Below, in pieces: positions 22,583 through 36,480 of a DNA stretch of 64,000 nt. Positions within the stretch are counted from its first letter, which is position 1, and each line of letters opens with the position of its first letter. The DNA is from Hemiscyllium ocellatum (taxonomy: Eukaryota). Made by a program: the position numbers and the translations under genes. Where the stretch lies: the NCBI RefSeq assembly GCF_020745735.1, contig NW_026867451.1, forward strand, positions 310,001 through 374,000, in the 5' to 3' direction. Below the pieces are notes generated by a model. The model was not told the DNA's origin and ran no database searches. It was given only the letters and a program-made list of their open reading frames with translations.

Positions 22583-23362
22583 ACAAAGAACTGAATTCCA
22601 GAAATGAGGGAAGAGTGACAGCCCTTCACATTAAGGTCACATTCGACAGAGTGTGATATTATGGAGTCCTAGCAAAACTGGATTCAATGGGTATCAGGTG
22701 ACAACCTCCCTGCTGCCTGCAGTCAGACCTCACACATTGGAAGCTGGCTCTGCTTGTTAGAGGGCAGTCGTCTCAGCCAAAGCAAATCTCTGTTGGAGTT
22801 CCTAAAGAAAGTGTCCTTGGCCCAATCATGTTCAGCTGCTTCAGCAATGCCTTTCCCTCCCTCAGAAGGTCAGAAGTGAAATCTGCATTGATCTAGCACT
22901 TTTTTTGGGACTGCTCAGTCCACATTCAAACGCAACAAAATCTGGACAATTTCCAGCCTTGAGCTGACAAGTGGCAAATAGCATTCACACCACAAACCTG
23001 CGAGACAATGACCATTGACAATAAGAGACAATCTAACCAAAACCCCATGACATTCAATAGTGTTACATCCTGGGTTTTATTGTTCATTAGAAATTGAGCT
23101 GGACACTCCATATAAATACAGTGGTTGTAAGAGCAGGCCAGAGGTTAGGAATACTGCAGCGAGTAACTCACCCTCCTGACTTGCAAAGCCAACTGACTGT
23201 CTAAGAGACAGAAGTCAGGAGGGTAATAGCACAGCTCGCCCTTTGACTGGACAGGAGCACCTTCAACTGCACTCAAGAAGCTAGGCATTGTCCAGGACAA
23301 AGCATCCTACTTGATCAGCAGCACATCCACAAGCGTCCATTGCCTCCAAATCTGATGCTTAG

Positions 23363-23481
23363 TACCTGCCATATGCTGAAAAATGTGTTGCTAGAAAAGC
23401 GCAGCAGGTCAGGAGCATCCAAGGAGCAGGAGAATCGATGTTTCGGGCATAAGCCCTTCTTCAGGCATACCAGCCGTATGC
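23363..23481 (-). mobile_element. Single-arm PLE-terminus-derived insert with 14-bp imperfect TSD
   Basis: TACC(T/A)GCC(A/G)TATGC at 23363-23376 and 23468-23481 flanks a family A arm. Confidence 0.65.
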
Positions 23482-23635
23482 ACTATCTAAAATACTGCAC
23501 TGCAGTAACTTAGCCACTTCCTTACACAGTACCTTCCCTCTACCACTTGCATCTCGATGGATAAGAACAGCAGACACATGGGAACAGCACCACTGTAAGC
23601 TCCTCTCTAAACTACTCAGCATCCTGACATGGAAA

Positions 23636-23830
23636 NNNNNNNNNNNNNNNNNNNNNNNNNNNNNNNNNNNNNNNNNNNNNNNNNNNNNNNNNNNNNNNNN
23701 NNNNNNNNNNNNNNNNNNNNNNNNNNNNNNNNNNNNNNNNNNNNNNNNNNNNNNNNNNNNNNNNNNNNNNNNNNNNNNNNNNNNNNNNNNNNNNNNNNNN
23801 NNNNNNNNNNNNNNNNNNNNNNNNNNNNNN
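23636..23830. other. Assembly gap (195 N)
   Basis: Run of n. Confidence 1.
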
Positions 23831-26649
23831 AGATGGCAGGCCTCAAAAAGGGAGCTGATGACCACCTTCTTGGGATATGTGACTAACGCTTTCATAATTC
23901 AGTGAAGAATTCAACAAATGCAAATGACGGTGAGTCAGGCTCTTCAGACAGATTTTAGATTGGTGATTGGATGCAATGTGATGTTGCTGTGAACAGCAAG
24001 AGAGTTCTTGCCAGTATTCCACTCCAATATTTGTTCATGATGTAAAGTGTCAGATTTATTGCATTTCTGTGCTTTCTGTACATTTCCAACATTCGGATCA
24101 CAGTGATGATATCATGAGACCAGTATTCTCGAACTCCACTTTGATGTTGAATGGACAGGGTTTGGAATATCATCGTTTTGCATTTGAGTGAAATTTGAAT
24201 TTAAAGAAATCCTGGAATCAGAAAGGAAGGCAAATGATGACCATGTAACCCGAGTCAATGGAAAAATACAAAAACAGCTGGTTCACGAATGACAAGGCAT
24301 CTGTCACATCTACATGGTCTGGCCGACATGAGATTCCAGACCCACTGGGAAGTAATTGACTGTGTTCTGAAGTGGCTTTAGCAAGCTATTCAATGGGCAG
24401 TTGGGGATAGGGACTCATTGCTGACCCTTACCATTAAGTAATACGTGTAACGAAACCTCGTAACAACTATATCAATTAAATGTAATTGTTGCGGCAGTTC
24501 CTGTATTTCACGTGAATATTCTAAATTTGCAGAATTTTCAGCACTGAATTGTTAACCTAAATAAAAGTTTTAAATTATTTATCTTTCAGAAATAAATAAA
24601 ATCTGTTGCAATTCGGCTTCATAAATTTTTATTCACTTCTGCAAATGGTCAACATTCTTAAAATAAACTTGTTTCGATTTGAAACTTACCAACAAATCAC
24701 TTCATTCACCTGGCTTTGCTGCCAACATCACTTCCTTGAAGCCAATTAAGCATTTATGTAAATAAACACAGAAATAGAATTCTCAGAATAGATTACAGAA
24801 CCACAAAACCCTCATTTATATTTCCCTACAAGCACAGCACACGAATTGTGGAAAAAATGCAAATAACTCAATGGATTCCAATACTAATTGATGTTCGGAC
24901 TTTTTAATACATAAGTTGTATGATTGTTGAATGACAGAGGTATCAATTGTCATGTTTAGTCAAAAAACTATAATTAAGAGATACATTGGCACAGCTAATA
25001 TTTCTGTGTCTCTTTTTCTCTCTTCCCCTCCTGCCTTCCCCCTTTTTTCTTTATCTCTGATGCCTTGTTTTGCCTCTCCACAATCGGACAATGTTTTCCC
25101 CAATAACATGAAGCCAACACCTCACCAACATTGCCTCTCAGCCAAATTCATCCATTTCTTTCGAGAGATTTGAGTCAGGGCAAGATTTTCTCAAAAATCT
25201 GTCTGAGCATTGAGTGATCTGGAAACGCTTGATAGGAATGAGGCTGCAAGACTTTACTGTGTTAGTGTTTTCATTGTATCTCTGCACTATTATTCTTGTC
25301 TGAGGAATGTTTAATGGTTCAATGTAATGCATATTTAGTCTATAATTAACCTTACGCTGCACATCTCATGGAAGGTTTAATATTATAGAGGTCAATTTAT
25401 TCTGTATCGACTCTGGGAGGATTTTTTTTAGGGAATCCTGGATGCAGCTCTACTCTGTGTCTAAACCAAAATATATTTGACATGATTGCATTGGACAACA
25501 CAATATAGAGGGAGATTTACCCAGCACATTACATGAGCTGTACAATCACAGAAAACATTTGATGTAGCCGTGTGAAGGGATTTGAACTCCTACCCACTGT
25601 CTTTCTGATTTTGAAATGCTTGACACCAGAATAAATGGGAACAACACTATGCATCGAAACTTTGTTATACAAGTAGACTATCATTTACAGGCACAGACAT
25701 ACACACACACATAAGCAAATCATCTCTGAACAACCCTTGCAGTGTTTAATGGATGAGTACTGAGAGAGCTTTAATATGCAACATGTGTGTATTCCATGCA
25801 ACACATGCCGACAGTGTGCTTGATATGGTAGTTTAAATGTAGTTTTGATCTGTCTTTAACCTTTTCTGTGACAGCCGTGGTTGTGTTTGACAAATATTTA
25901 ACAGAACTGAAGGACTATAAATGTAGTCACTGCATTAGAGGCAGAATGCAATGCCACCAAACAGTGAGAAAGATGATCCCTGTCTTTTTTCATGATGAGG
26001 GGGGATTGAAGCAGCTGGGCTTCAAACATGGAGGTTAATTTAGATGAGACCTATATAATTCTGAAAAGACTAACTTAGAGCAAAAGTCAATGAGAGGGAA
26101 CCAGAAGCGGTCTGTTCAGCCAATGGGGTTTGGGCTTCCAAACAATGACATCATAGCTGAGCTGATAATCCTCACCTCCATTTTTACAGCGTTTAACTGT
26201 AAGCATTGATTCAATTCCCAAATCAAAACCTGCCCATTTCAGCCTTCAGTGTTCTATGGAAACAAATTCCACAGATTCACTACATTCTGGGAGACAAAAT
26301 TCTGTTCTGCCTGACATTTGTGACCTCTAATTCAGAGATTTTACTCACTGGCCCGAACCTCTCCCACAAGGGGAAACTACATTTCTGCATTTACACCATC
26401 AAGTTTCCTGAAAATAATAGATGTTTCAGAATGTCACCACTGAATCTTCTATGTTCTAATGAGTATAGGCCCAAACGACTCAGTCTCTACTCTCAAGACA
26501 GTCCCTCCATCCTCAGGATCAGTCGACTAAACCTCGTGTGGATTGTCTCACAGTCCAGTGTACCTTTTCTTTGTGAGATGAGTCCCAAGAACAGTCCACA
26601 GTCTTCCAGCTGTGGTAAAAATAGAGCTTCTTTTCAGTTTTAACAAACA

Positions 26650-27445
26650 TTATAGTCATACAGATATCAGGCACAGAAACAGACCCTTCGGTCCAACTGC
26701 ACTGCCCAGATATCCCAACCTGACTGAGTACCATTTGCCAGACATTTGGCCTATCTTTCTCTAAATGTTCCCTGTTCATACACCCATCCAGGTGCCTTTT
26801 AAATGCAGTAATTGAACCCACCTCCACCACTACCACTGGCAGCTTTTTCCATACATACACGTGAAAAGGTTACCCCTCAGGTTCTTTTCAAACGTTTCTC
26901 CTCTCACCTTAATCTGCTGTCCTCTAGTTTTGGACTCTCCCACTCGAGGAAAAAGGCCTTGGCTATTCACCATATCAATGCCCTGCATGATTTTATAGGG
27001 TCTTGTTCAGGCCACTCCTCAGCCTCCTTTCCTCTCACTGTAGGGAAAAGAAAAGCCCCAGCCTATTCAGCTTCACCTTATACCTTAAACACTCCAGTTC
27101 CAGCATCATTCTTGGAAATCTTTTCTACATCCCCTCAAGTTTCACAAAATCCTTCACAGAAATGGTCAGCCAGACTTGTCTGTAATAATTCTAAACGCGG
27201 CCTCACAAATGTTCTGTACAGCTGAGAGATGACATCTCGACTCCTACACTTAATGTTATGACCAATGAAGGAAAGCATGCCAAACACCTTCTTCCCCACC
27301 CTGTCTACCTGCAACTCCACTTTCAAGGAATGATGCATCTGCTCCCTTTGGTTTCTTTGCTCAGCAACACTCCCCAAGGCCCAGCCATTAATTGTATAAG
27401 TCTTGCCCTGGTTTGCCTTACAAAAATGCAGCACCTCACATTTAT
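26650..27445 (-). mobile_element. CR1-type LINE 3' fragment(s)
   Basis: Minus-strand remnants (TYT.NG..LGSV.EQR..G..MH.SLKV..QVDRV.KK.FGMLSFI). Confidence 0.75.
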
Positions 27446-27449
27446 TTAA

Positions 27450-28630
27450 TAAAGTTTGGGTTCATGAAAGGCAGGTCATGTTTAACTGATTAATTGGAAT
27501 TCTTTGAGGTCATAATGAGCGTGGTAGACAATGGGGAACTGGTGAACGTGGTGTATCTGGATTTCCAAAAGGCATTCAGCAAGGTGCTGCACAAAAGGCT
27601 GCTGCATAAGATAAAGATGCACAGTGTTACAGGCAATGCATTAGCAGAGACAGAAAACTGGTTAACTAACAGAATGCAAAACGTGGGGATAAATGGGTGT
27701 TTTTCTGGTTGGCAATCAGTGGCGAGTGGTGTGTCTCAGGGATGAGTGTTGGGACTGCAATTCAAGTGTAGTGTGTTGTAGTTCGCAGAAGGCACTTAAA
27801 TGAGTGATAGAGCAAAGTGTGCAGGAGGATATAGACAGGTTAAGTGAGTGGGCAAGAGTCTGGCAGATGGAGTACAATGTTAGTAAACGTGAGGTCATCC
27901 ATTTTGGGAGGAATAATAACAAACAGAGTGCTGCTGTGCAGGGGGACTTGGCTGTTCTTGTGCATGAAACACAAAAGTATGGTTTGCAAGTACAGTAGCT
28001 AATTAGGAAGACAAATGGAATAGTGTTCTTCATTGGCAGAGTTTAAAATTAGGACTTTCTGCTGCAGCTGTATAGGGCGCTGGTGTGACCATACCTGCAG
28101 TACTCTGTACACTTTTCATCACTTACATGAGATGGCACTGGGGTGGGGTTTGCTGAGGAGGTTGATTACGTTGATTCTGGAAATGAGGGGGTTGGCTTGT
28201 GAGGAGAGATTGAGCAGACTGGGATTATACTCATTGGAATTCAGAACAATGTGGGAAGGGGGTTGTAAAATTATAAATGGGATAGATAAGACAGAAGCAG
28301 GGAGGCTATTTCCACTGGTGGGTGAAATTAGAACGACGGGGCATAACCTCAAAATAAGGGCAACAGATTTAGGACTGAGTTGAGGATCAACATCTTCACC
28401 CAAGGGTTGTGAAGCTGTGGAATCCCCTGCCTAGTGAAGCAGCTGAGGCCAACCTGTTGAATGTTTTAAAGGTGAAAATAGATTTTTTAACAGTAAAGGA
28501 ATGGAGGGTTATAGTGAGCGGGTGGGTAAGTGGAATCTTAGTCCATTGAAAGATGATCCATGATGTTATTGAAAGGCAGAGCAGACTCGTGGGGTCAGAT
28601 GGCCTACTCCTGATCGTATTTCTAATGTTT
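27450..28630 (+). mobile_element. CR1-type LINE RT to 3' end (frameshifted)
   Basis: VYLDFQKAFSKV.H.RLL.KIK..., W..V.SGV.QG, DIDRLSEWA..WQMEYNV.K.EVIHFG. Confidence 0.88.
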
Positions 28631-28849
28631 GGATGTTGTTATGTTCTAACAGGCCTCCAATCCAAAACGTAATGCTCTCTGACTACTAAGTAAAAACTGA
28701 AAGAACAGTGGATGCTGTGTATCAGAAACAAAAACGGAAACTGCTGGAAATGTTCAGAAGGTCTGGCAGCATCTCTGGTGTGAAAGGCTCACCAGTTTAT
28801 GGTTCCCTGGCTTTTCCATACAACTTTCTTCAATAATGCTGCCACATTA

Positions 28850-30130
28850 GTCACTCTCCAGTCTTCTGGCATCTCATCTATGATTATCGATGATACAAAT
28901 ATCTCAGCAAGGGGTCCACAAATCTCTTCCCTAGCTTCCCACAAAGTTCTGAGAAATACCTAATCAGCTCTCCAGGATTTATTTCCATTTTTCTACTTTA
29001 AGACCCCCAACACCTCCTCTTCTGTAAGATGAACTCATTTGATCTTTAAGGGCTGTATTCTCTTCTTAGTTATTCTTTTAACCTTAAAATAATTTTAGAA
29101 TCTTTTCGGATTCTCCTTAATTCTATTTGCCATGCAATTTCATGCCCCCTTTTTTCCCTCATGATTTCCTGGTGAAGTATACTCTGACTGCCCTTATACC
29201 CTTCTCAGGATTCACTCAATCCCAGCTGTCTATATCTGATAAATGCCCCCTTCGTTTTCTGGACAGGAGTTGCAATTTCCCTCATCATTGAGCTTTTCCC
29301 ATGCCTTGCCCTTCACACAAACAGAAACATACCATCACTGAACTCTCATTGTCTCATTCTTAAAGGCCTCCCACTTGTCAGTCGTCCCTTTACCTGTGAA
29401 TAATCTCCCCCAACCAACATCTCAAAGTCTTATACCATCGAAACTGGCCACACTCCAATTTGAAACTTTCATTTTTAAATCAATTCTATCCTTTCTCATC
29501 ATTATTATTAAACCAATAGAATTATGATCACTTTCCCTGAAGCGTGCCCCTACAGACACCTCAGTCACTTGTCCTGCCTTGATTCCCAACAGAAGGTCAA
29601 GTATTGCGAACTGTCCAGTAGGTGCATCCACATATTGAATAACAATGTTTTCTTGTTCACACTTAACCAATTTCTCCACATTCCAAGATCTTAACACGAC
29701 CCCAAACTCTGGTTGGAAAGTTAAAATTCCCTACCATTACCCTCTTTCCTTACAGAAAGCATAATCGCTTGTAAATTTCCCACTGACTATCAGGAGGCCC
29801 ATTTTACAATCCCAGCAAGGTCATCACCTCTTCCTTATTTTTAAGTTTCATCCATATAACTTCACTGGGCAGTCTCCGAGAAATATCCTCTCTACATCCA
29901 GCTGTAATGTTCTTTCTAACCAAAAACACTCCTCCATCTCCATCTCCTGTCTATACATTCTATAACATCTGTATCCTGGAACATTAAGTTGCCAGTCCTG
30001 TTCATCCCTGAGCCACATTTCTGTAATGGTAATGTTATCCTTGTCCCACATTCCCATCTATGCTCTATGTTCATCTGTCTCACATGTCAGGCCTCTTCCA
30101 TCGAAGTAAATGCAGTTTAGCAGTCTTACC
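28850..30130 (-). mobile_element. CR1-type ORF2 (endonuclease region), degenerate
   Basis: ITETWL...DWQLNVPGYRCYR and Q.V..PT...AILDLLL....SDHN remnants. Confidence 0.75.
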
Positions 30131-31449
30131 TTGCTCTTGCCAAACTGTTGTCTGCCTTGACCCCGAGAATTGCTCACCGCATCTCACCTCAAACACTTCT
30201 CTTTTCTCACTATCTTGTTAATTCCCACCATGCACCTTACTAATTTAAAACCTTCAGCATACTGCTAGCAAATTTCCCCACAAGAATATCGGTCCCCTTC
30301 CAAGTCAGGTCCCTCTTATATAGGTCATTTCTATCCCTGAAGAGATCCCAATGATTGAAAAATGGGAATCCTAACCCCTGCAGCAGTTCCTCAGCTACAC
30401 ATTCGCTGCTCTATCTGGCTGTTCCTAATCTCAATATTCCATTAGTTTTTAAACAAACCCCAACATGACATTTGCCATCTTTATTGACAGTTGAAATTAA
30501 AAGCTAACGTTTTGTGGTTCAGAGATGCAGACTCCCTGTAGATTTCTGAATTCAATCTCTATCTTGCCTGTTAAAATGCACAAGTTCACGGTTTATGTCT
30601 GTTCTCATTTATTTAATCCACATTACATTAATGTGCAAAGCTCCTTGTTCACTCTCGTCCTATCTGTATCGCTCCATAAACTTCTTTTTGTGTCATACTC
30701 ACCACTTGTCTCCGCTCCAATTTTTGTGTCTTTCGCAAACTTGCCTACAATATACTCACTTTCCTCATCTAAGTCATCAAAATACTTTGTACATTTTTTT
30801 TGTCCCCCAGAACAGATTTATGTGGTACTCCACACTTTGACATCCTGTAAAATAAAACACTTCATCAAACTTTTTGGATTGGGATTTCAAAAATCCTCTC
30901 TCCACATTAATACAGTACCTCCAAAGCCAAGGCTCCTTTCTTATTCAGTAATCTTATGCATGGGTGCTATCAAACACCTTCAGAAAATCAAACATATTAC
31001 AATCACCGTTTCCTCCATTTTCTCCAAGAATTCCAATACATTTATCAGGCAAGATTTCCATTTTGTAAAGCCATTCCCAGTTTTCTGCTGGAACATCCTT
31101 TTTTAAAGACTCCACCATTTTTTTCAATAAATGATGTTAAACTAAGTAGCCTCAGTCAATCTTTTGTGTGCCTTAACTTTTTATGAGTGAAGGTGTTGGT
31201 TGAAGGATCTACTATCAGCCGTCACTTCCACCTGCTGTCATCTACTGTGAAAAACTCAACAAGTTGTATCTATGTTCATTTACTGAGAAAGCAATTCCAC
31301 AAATGTTCTAGCTCATCACCTTCTGCTGGCGGTCCCAGATTTTACGAAGCTATTCATTGAAAGTCGACAAGGCTAATTAACATCAAATCAAGATCAATAA
31401 TTGAGCAGAAATATCTCAATTCCTGGTCACGTATTTTTGTTCATCTCTT

Positions 31450-32640
31450 TTTAGGACATTAGCTTTGACAATGTGGAGACTGTATGGGTGGAGCTGTGAA
31501 ATACCAAGGGACAAAAAACATTAGTGGGTGTCATACACAGACCCCCAGACTGCAGTGGTCGTATCGGAATAGTATTAAACAGGAAATTAGCCAAGCATGT
31601 GATATGGAGACATCTGTGACCATGGGTGATTTTAATCTGCATCTAGATTGGACAAATCAAATTAGCCACAATGTCTTAGAGGAAAAATTCCTGGAGTACA
31701 TACAGGATGGTTTTCTTAACCAATATGTGGATGAACCAACTAGAGAGCAGGCCATCTTAGACTGGGTACTGTGTAATGAGAAGGGAATCATTGCCAATCT
31801 AGCTGCGTGAGACTCCTTGGGGATGAGTGACCATGACATGATACAACTTTTTTATCAAGATGGAGAGTGAGCCAGCTAATTTGGAGACTAGGGTGCTGAA
31901 TTTTAATAAAGGAAACTGTGAAGATATATAAGGCATGAGTTGGCGTTGATAGATCAGTGAAAGTTGCTTAAAGGTGTGCCAGTAGATAGGCATTGGCAAA
32001 TATTCAAGGAAATCATGGGGGAACTGCAACAACTATTTATTCCTGTCTGGTACCAAAGCAAAATGGGTAACAGGGCCAATCCATGGCTTATAAAGGAAAT
32101 TAGATAGCATCCAATTGAAGGAAATAGCATAGAAATGGGCCAAGAAAAATAACAGGTCTGATATTTGAGAGCAGTTTCGAATTCAGCAAAGAAGGACCAA
32201 GGGATTGATTAAGATGGGGAAATCACAGTACAAAAGAAAGTAAGCTTGCAGGGAACATGAAGACTGATGCTACAAGGTTCTACAGTACATGAAGAGAAAG
32301 AGATTGATGAAGACAAATGTTAGGTCCCTATAGATGGAAATTGGGGAAATGTATAACAAAGGACAACGAACAGCTGAGCAATTGTATACATCCTTTAGTT
32401 CTGTCTTCACAAAAACCGACAGTTATACAGGAGGTGGGTGAGGCTGCAGTTGGAGCATGTGTTCTGTTTTGGTCACCTTACTCGGGGAAGGATGTTATTA
32501 AACTGGAAAGAGTGCAGAAGAAATTTATAAGGATGTTGCTCGCACTCAGTGTTATAAGGAGAGGCTGAACAAGCTTTTTCTTTTCTTGGCAGTCTAGGAG
32601 ACTGAGAGGGGATCTTATAGAACTGTACAAAATTATGAGA
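31450..32640 (+). mobile_element. CR1-type ORF2 fragment (APE endonuclease C-terminus onward)
   Basis: MGDFNLHLDW...FLEYIQDGFLNQYVDEPTREQAILDWVLCNE. Confidence 0.85.
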
Positions 32641-32714
32641 GGCAGACACTCAGTCTTTTTTGTCTTGAAGAAGTTTTCCTCCTCTGTCTTTCCAATCTGC
32701 AGGCTCCCTGCCTC

Positions 32715-32845
32715 TATTCCTGATGAAGGGTTGCTGCCCGACACGTCGATTTTCCTGCTCCTCGGATGCTGCCTGACCTGCTGTGCTTTTCCAGCACCAC
32801 TCTCATCTAGACTCTGGTTTCCAGCATCTGCAGTCCTTTTAACTA
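32715..32845 (+). mobile_element. PLE-terminus-derived arm with mutated hammerhead (GAAA to GACA)
   Basis: ttcCTGATGAagggttgctgcccGACAcgtc followed by the family A arm. Confidence 0.7.
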
Positions 32846-32847
32846 GT

Positions 32848-33420
32848 TGGTTTATATCAGACAGGCAGAGATTAGTGTCAGTGTCTGTGGTGCTGGTTTA
32901 TATCAGACAGGCAGAGATTGGCGTCAGTGACTGTGGGGCTGGTTGATATCAGACGCGGGAGATTGGTGTCAGTGACTGTGGGGCTGGTTTATATCAGACA
33001 GGGGGAGATTGGTGTCAGTGACTGTGGGGCTGGTTTATATCAGACAGGGGGAGATTGGTATTAGTGACTGTGAGGCTGGTTTATATCAGACAGGGGGAGA
33101 TTGGTGTCAGTGACTTTGGGGCTGGTTTATATCAGACAGGGGGAGATTGGTGTCAGTGACTGTGGGGCTGGTTTATATCAGACAGAGGGAGATTGGTATT
33201 AGTGTCTGTGAGGCTGGTTTATATCAGACTGGGGGAGATTGGTGTCAGTGACTGTGAGGCTGGTTTATATCAGACTGGAGGAAACTGTTGTCACTGTCTG
33301 TGGGGCAGGGTGAAATCAGACATGGGGAGATTTGTGTCTGTGGGGTGGTTTATATTCGACAGGGGGTGATTGGTGTCAGTGAGCGAGGGGCTGGTTTATA
33401 TCTGACAGGAGGAGTTTGGT
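32848..33420. repeat. 46-bp minisatellite, ~13 units
   Basis: tggtttatatcagacagggggagattggtgtcagtgactgtggggc repeated head-to-tail without spacers, degenerating at the right end. Confidence 0.95.
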
Positions 33421-34458
33421 GAGGATGTTATAAAGCCAGAAAAGGATCACTTCATGTTTTAATTCTCTTTCAAGGCACTCTGGGCACTCATGGGTTAAAC
33501 ATTCCACTGTGAAACAGACTCACTACAGTATCAATTACAGAATAGACGGAACATCTCAGTAGGATAACTGTATCTTCGAGAAGGAATCCATTGCAGCCAC
33601 ACATGTGGATTCCTCTGCAGCCTCAAGCAACGGTATTTGTCCTCCCCAGCCAAGACTGATAGCCTTGGCCGCAACCCTGTTCAACTGCCTCCTGCTCCTA
33701 TTATCTTGCTTCTCTCCGTATTAGCATAGGGATGTGAATTCCCCGTTGAAAACAGGCAAAACCCTTCAGTTTTAATCTCTTCCCATTGACACATGATCAT
33801 GAAGAATACGATAATCAGTTGTTATCGCAGGACATCAACATTCACCGGACCTTGTAAAATTATAATTGCCCATCTTAAACAGTGTAACGACAGTCAACCA
33901 TGTGGATTATAGACCTTTTGTATCACCACAAGTAGACGCACAACTACTTTCAGGGACATGGAGAATCTCGCGCTGCACTCCGATAATAAAGCGTCTGCTG
34001 TTGTACTGAAAATTGTGTCGTCTGGATTTGTGGAACAAAATATAGATTACCAGCCTCACAATTCTATGTTTGATTTTTCATTTTCAATCAGGAAGTGTCT
34101 GCTTCGCCTTCCCATATCTAACAAACCATCAGATTTCATCTCTGCAGCCTCAGCTCCTCTCTGTAACCACAAATAAACACTGAGTGATGAAGATATTTAG
34201 CAGGTGCAGAAGCATCTGCAGAGAGCGAGAACAGAGTTCAAACCCAGGTCTGACAGTGTGTCAGAATAAAGCTCAATCTTGTGGCACTGCCACACTGACA
34301 ATTGTTAGTGCCAACACCTCAATCAAAGTCTCTTCATTGTCCTGTTGTTTATCGAATGGCAGTGGTCTACAGTGCAGAACAAGTCCCTTCAGCCCATTGA
34401 TTCTGTGCCAGTCAAAAACAACCATCAAACTATGGTAACCTCATTTCTCAGCCCTCGG

Positions 34459-34654
34459 CCCATCACCTTGTATCAGGTAAAAATAAGGACTGCAGATGCT
34501 GGAAACCAGAGTCTAGATTAGAGTGGTGCTGGACCAACCCAGCAGGTCAGGCAGCATCCAAGGAGCAGGAAAATTGATGTTTTGGGCAAACAGTACAGAC
34601 TACAGCTTCAAAAACACCAGCAACGGTTCTCCTTCAAGACCCATCACCTTGTAT
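34459..34654 (-). mobile_element. PLE-terminus-derived insert with exact 15-bp TSD
   Basis: CCCATCACCTTGTAT at 34459-34473 and 34640-34654. Confidence 0.75.
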
Positions 34655-34789
34655 GTCTTGGCAACGCATGTGCACATCTGAATACTTCTTCAATGATTTG
34701 AAAGCTTCTGTCTGTAATGCCCTTCCAGCAGTGAATTCAGTTTCTCACCAACCTCTGGGTGAAAGCCTTTTTCCTTCATTACACAGACC

Positions 34790-36480
34790 ATGAGTATAGG
34801 AGTTAGGACATCATGTTGAGGTTGTAAAGGCTCTTCTAGAATACTGTGTCCAATTCTGGTCTCCCTGTTATAGGAGGGGCATTGTTAAACTGTTCAGAAA
34901 ATATTTACAAGGATGTTGCCAGCACTGGATGGTTTGAGTTCGATGGAAAGAAGCTTGAAGGTTGAGGGGTGACCTTACAGAGGTTTATAATATAATAAGG
35001 AGCATATATAAGGTGAATGTCAGATGTCTTTTCCCTCGGGTGATCGACTTCAGGGTTTGTATATGAAGAGGAAGTGATTAGAGAGATATGGAACAAGTAC
35101 AGGTAAATGGGACTAGGGTAATTTCGGATATCTGGTCAGCATGGATAAGTTGGGCCGAAGGATCTGTTTCTGTGCTGTATGTCTCTATTACTCAATGACA
35201 TGGTTGAGATGTATAAAATAATGAGGGGTGTTCATAAGGCAGATAGTGAGGAAATTTTCCCCTTGGACTAGGGAGCTTATTCCCCCCTAGACTTCAGCAC
35301 TAGGGGACATACTTTTAAAGTGAGAGGAGAAAGATTTAAAAGGGAAATGAGGGTCAGCTTTCTCTACACAGAGAGTGGTTCATGAGGAATTAATGGATGT
35401 GGGTACAGTTCCAATGTTTAAAAGGTATTTGGACAAACAGGAAAGTATTGAAGGGATATGGGCCAGGAGCAGGTGGTGGGACTAGTTTTGTTTGGGATTA
35501 TGGGTAGCATGGACTTTGGGGGGAACCAAAAGGTCTGTTTCCATGCTGTATGACTTTATCACTGACATTCCCCTTAAGTCTCCTGCCCCTTACCTTAAAT
35601 ATCTGCAATGCCTTCCAGTCTTTACAACATTTGTCTTTATTGGTTCCTCCATCAAGGGGAATATTTCCTTACTGTCTACCCAATCAACACCTCTCATTAT
35701 TTTGTACATCTCAGTGATCTCATAGAGTCAAACAGATGTACAACACAGAAACAGATCCTTCAGCCCAACTCGTCCATGCCAACCAGATATCCAAAATTAA
35801 CCTCGTCCCATTTACCAGCACTTGGCCCTCTAATCCCTTCCAGTTCAAATTAAAAATCACCCAACACCAGGTTATAATCCAACAGGTTTATTTGGAACCA
35901 CTAGCTTTCCGAACACTGCTCCTTCATCAGGTGGTTGTGGAGTTTTCTTCTACCCCTCCCGATGCCTTTTATATGTTACTAGCCTTGGACTGGCCTGCAC
36001 TTCCTCTTGCATACACGCACCGCCTGTTGCATGAAAACATTGCCCCTTAGGACCCTTCTAAGTCTTTCCCCTCTCACCCTAAACCTATGCCCTCTAGTTC
36101 TGGACTCCCCCACCCCAGGGAAAAAACCTTGTCTATTTACCCTATCCATGCATCCATGATTTTATAAACCTCTAGAAGGTCACTCTTCAACCTTCGACAC
36201 TCCAGGGAAGACAGTTCCAGCCTATTCAGCTTTTCCTGTAGTTCAAACCCTCCAACTCTGGCAACATCCTTGTCAATCTTTTCTGAACCCTTTCAAATTT
36301 CACAACATCCTTTCTATAGGAATCAGAGCAGAATTGCACACAATACTCCAAAGGTGGCCTAACCAATGTCCTGTACCGCCACAACATGACCTCCAAACTT
36401 CTTTACTCAATGCTCTGACTAATAAGGGAAAGTATATCAAATGCCTTTGTCACTATCCTATCTACCTGTGACTCCCCTCT
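34790..36480. mobile_element. Nested CR1 3' fragments (plus 34790-35550, minus 35720-36480) containing a family B PLE arm at ~35860-35942
   Basis: CR1 3' sequence on both strands. aaaaatcacccaacaccaggttata...ccttcatcaggtggttgtggag is inserted in the minus-strand copy. Confidence 0.7.

Larger units (their letters stand above)
22050..23635 (+). mobile_element. Degenerate non-LTR (CR1/L2-group) RT region interrupted by two PLE-derived inserts
   Basis: RT-like remnants (NY..IS..S, LD.K..FD.V, GVP..SVLGP.MFSCF). Runs into the assembly gap. Confidence 0.55.

Noticed and set aside
23461-23895. ORFs spanning 23.5-23.9 kb
   Set aside because: Artefacts of translating through the N gap.
24685-24740. 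J-like or small exon on the minus strand (TGGCAGCAAAGC...GTGATTTGTTG|gtaagt)
   Set aside because: No WGxG/FGxG motif, no heptamer-nonamer, stops in the alternative frames, and it lies upstream of V. Probably chance.
30525-31186. 193-aa and overlapping plus-strand ORFs
   Set aside because: No recognisable domain, low-complexity composition, and apparently antisense to decayed CR1 sequence.
32848-33420. CRISPR-like appearance of regular repeats (also 42640-44730 and 55915-56550)
   Set aside because: Head-to-tail units with no unique spacers, no cas genes, and a vertebrate context.
33940-34050. Faint resemblance to VH FR3 (LYYRSAARD; acaattttc) on the minus strand
   Set aside because: No conserved Cys or Trp, wrong spacing and no RSS. 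The similarity is too weak to support a V relic without an alignment.
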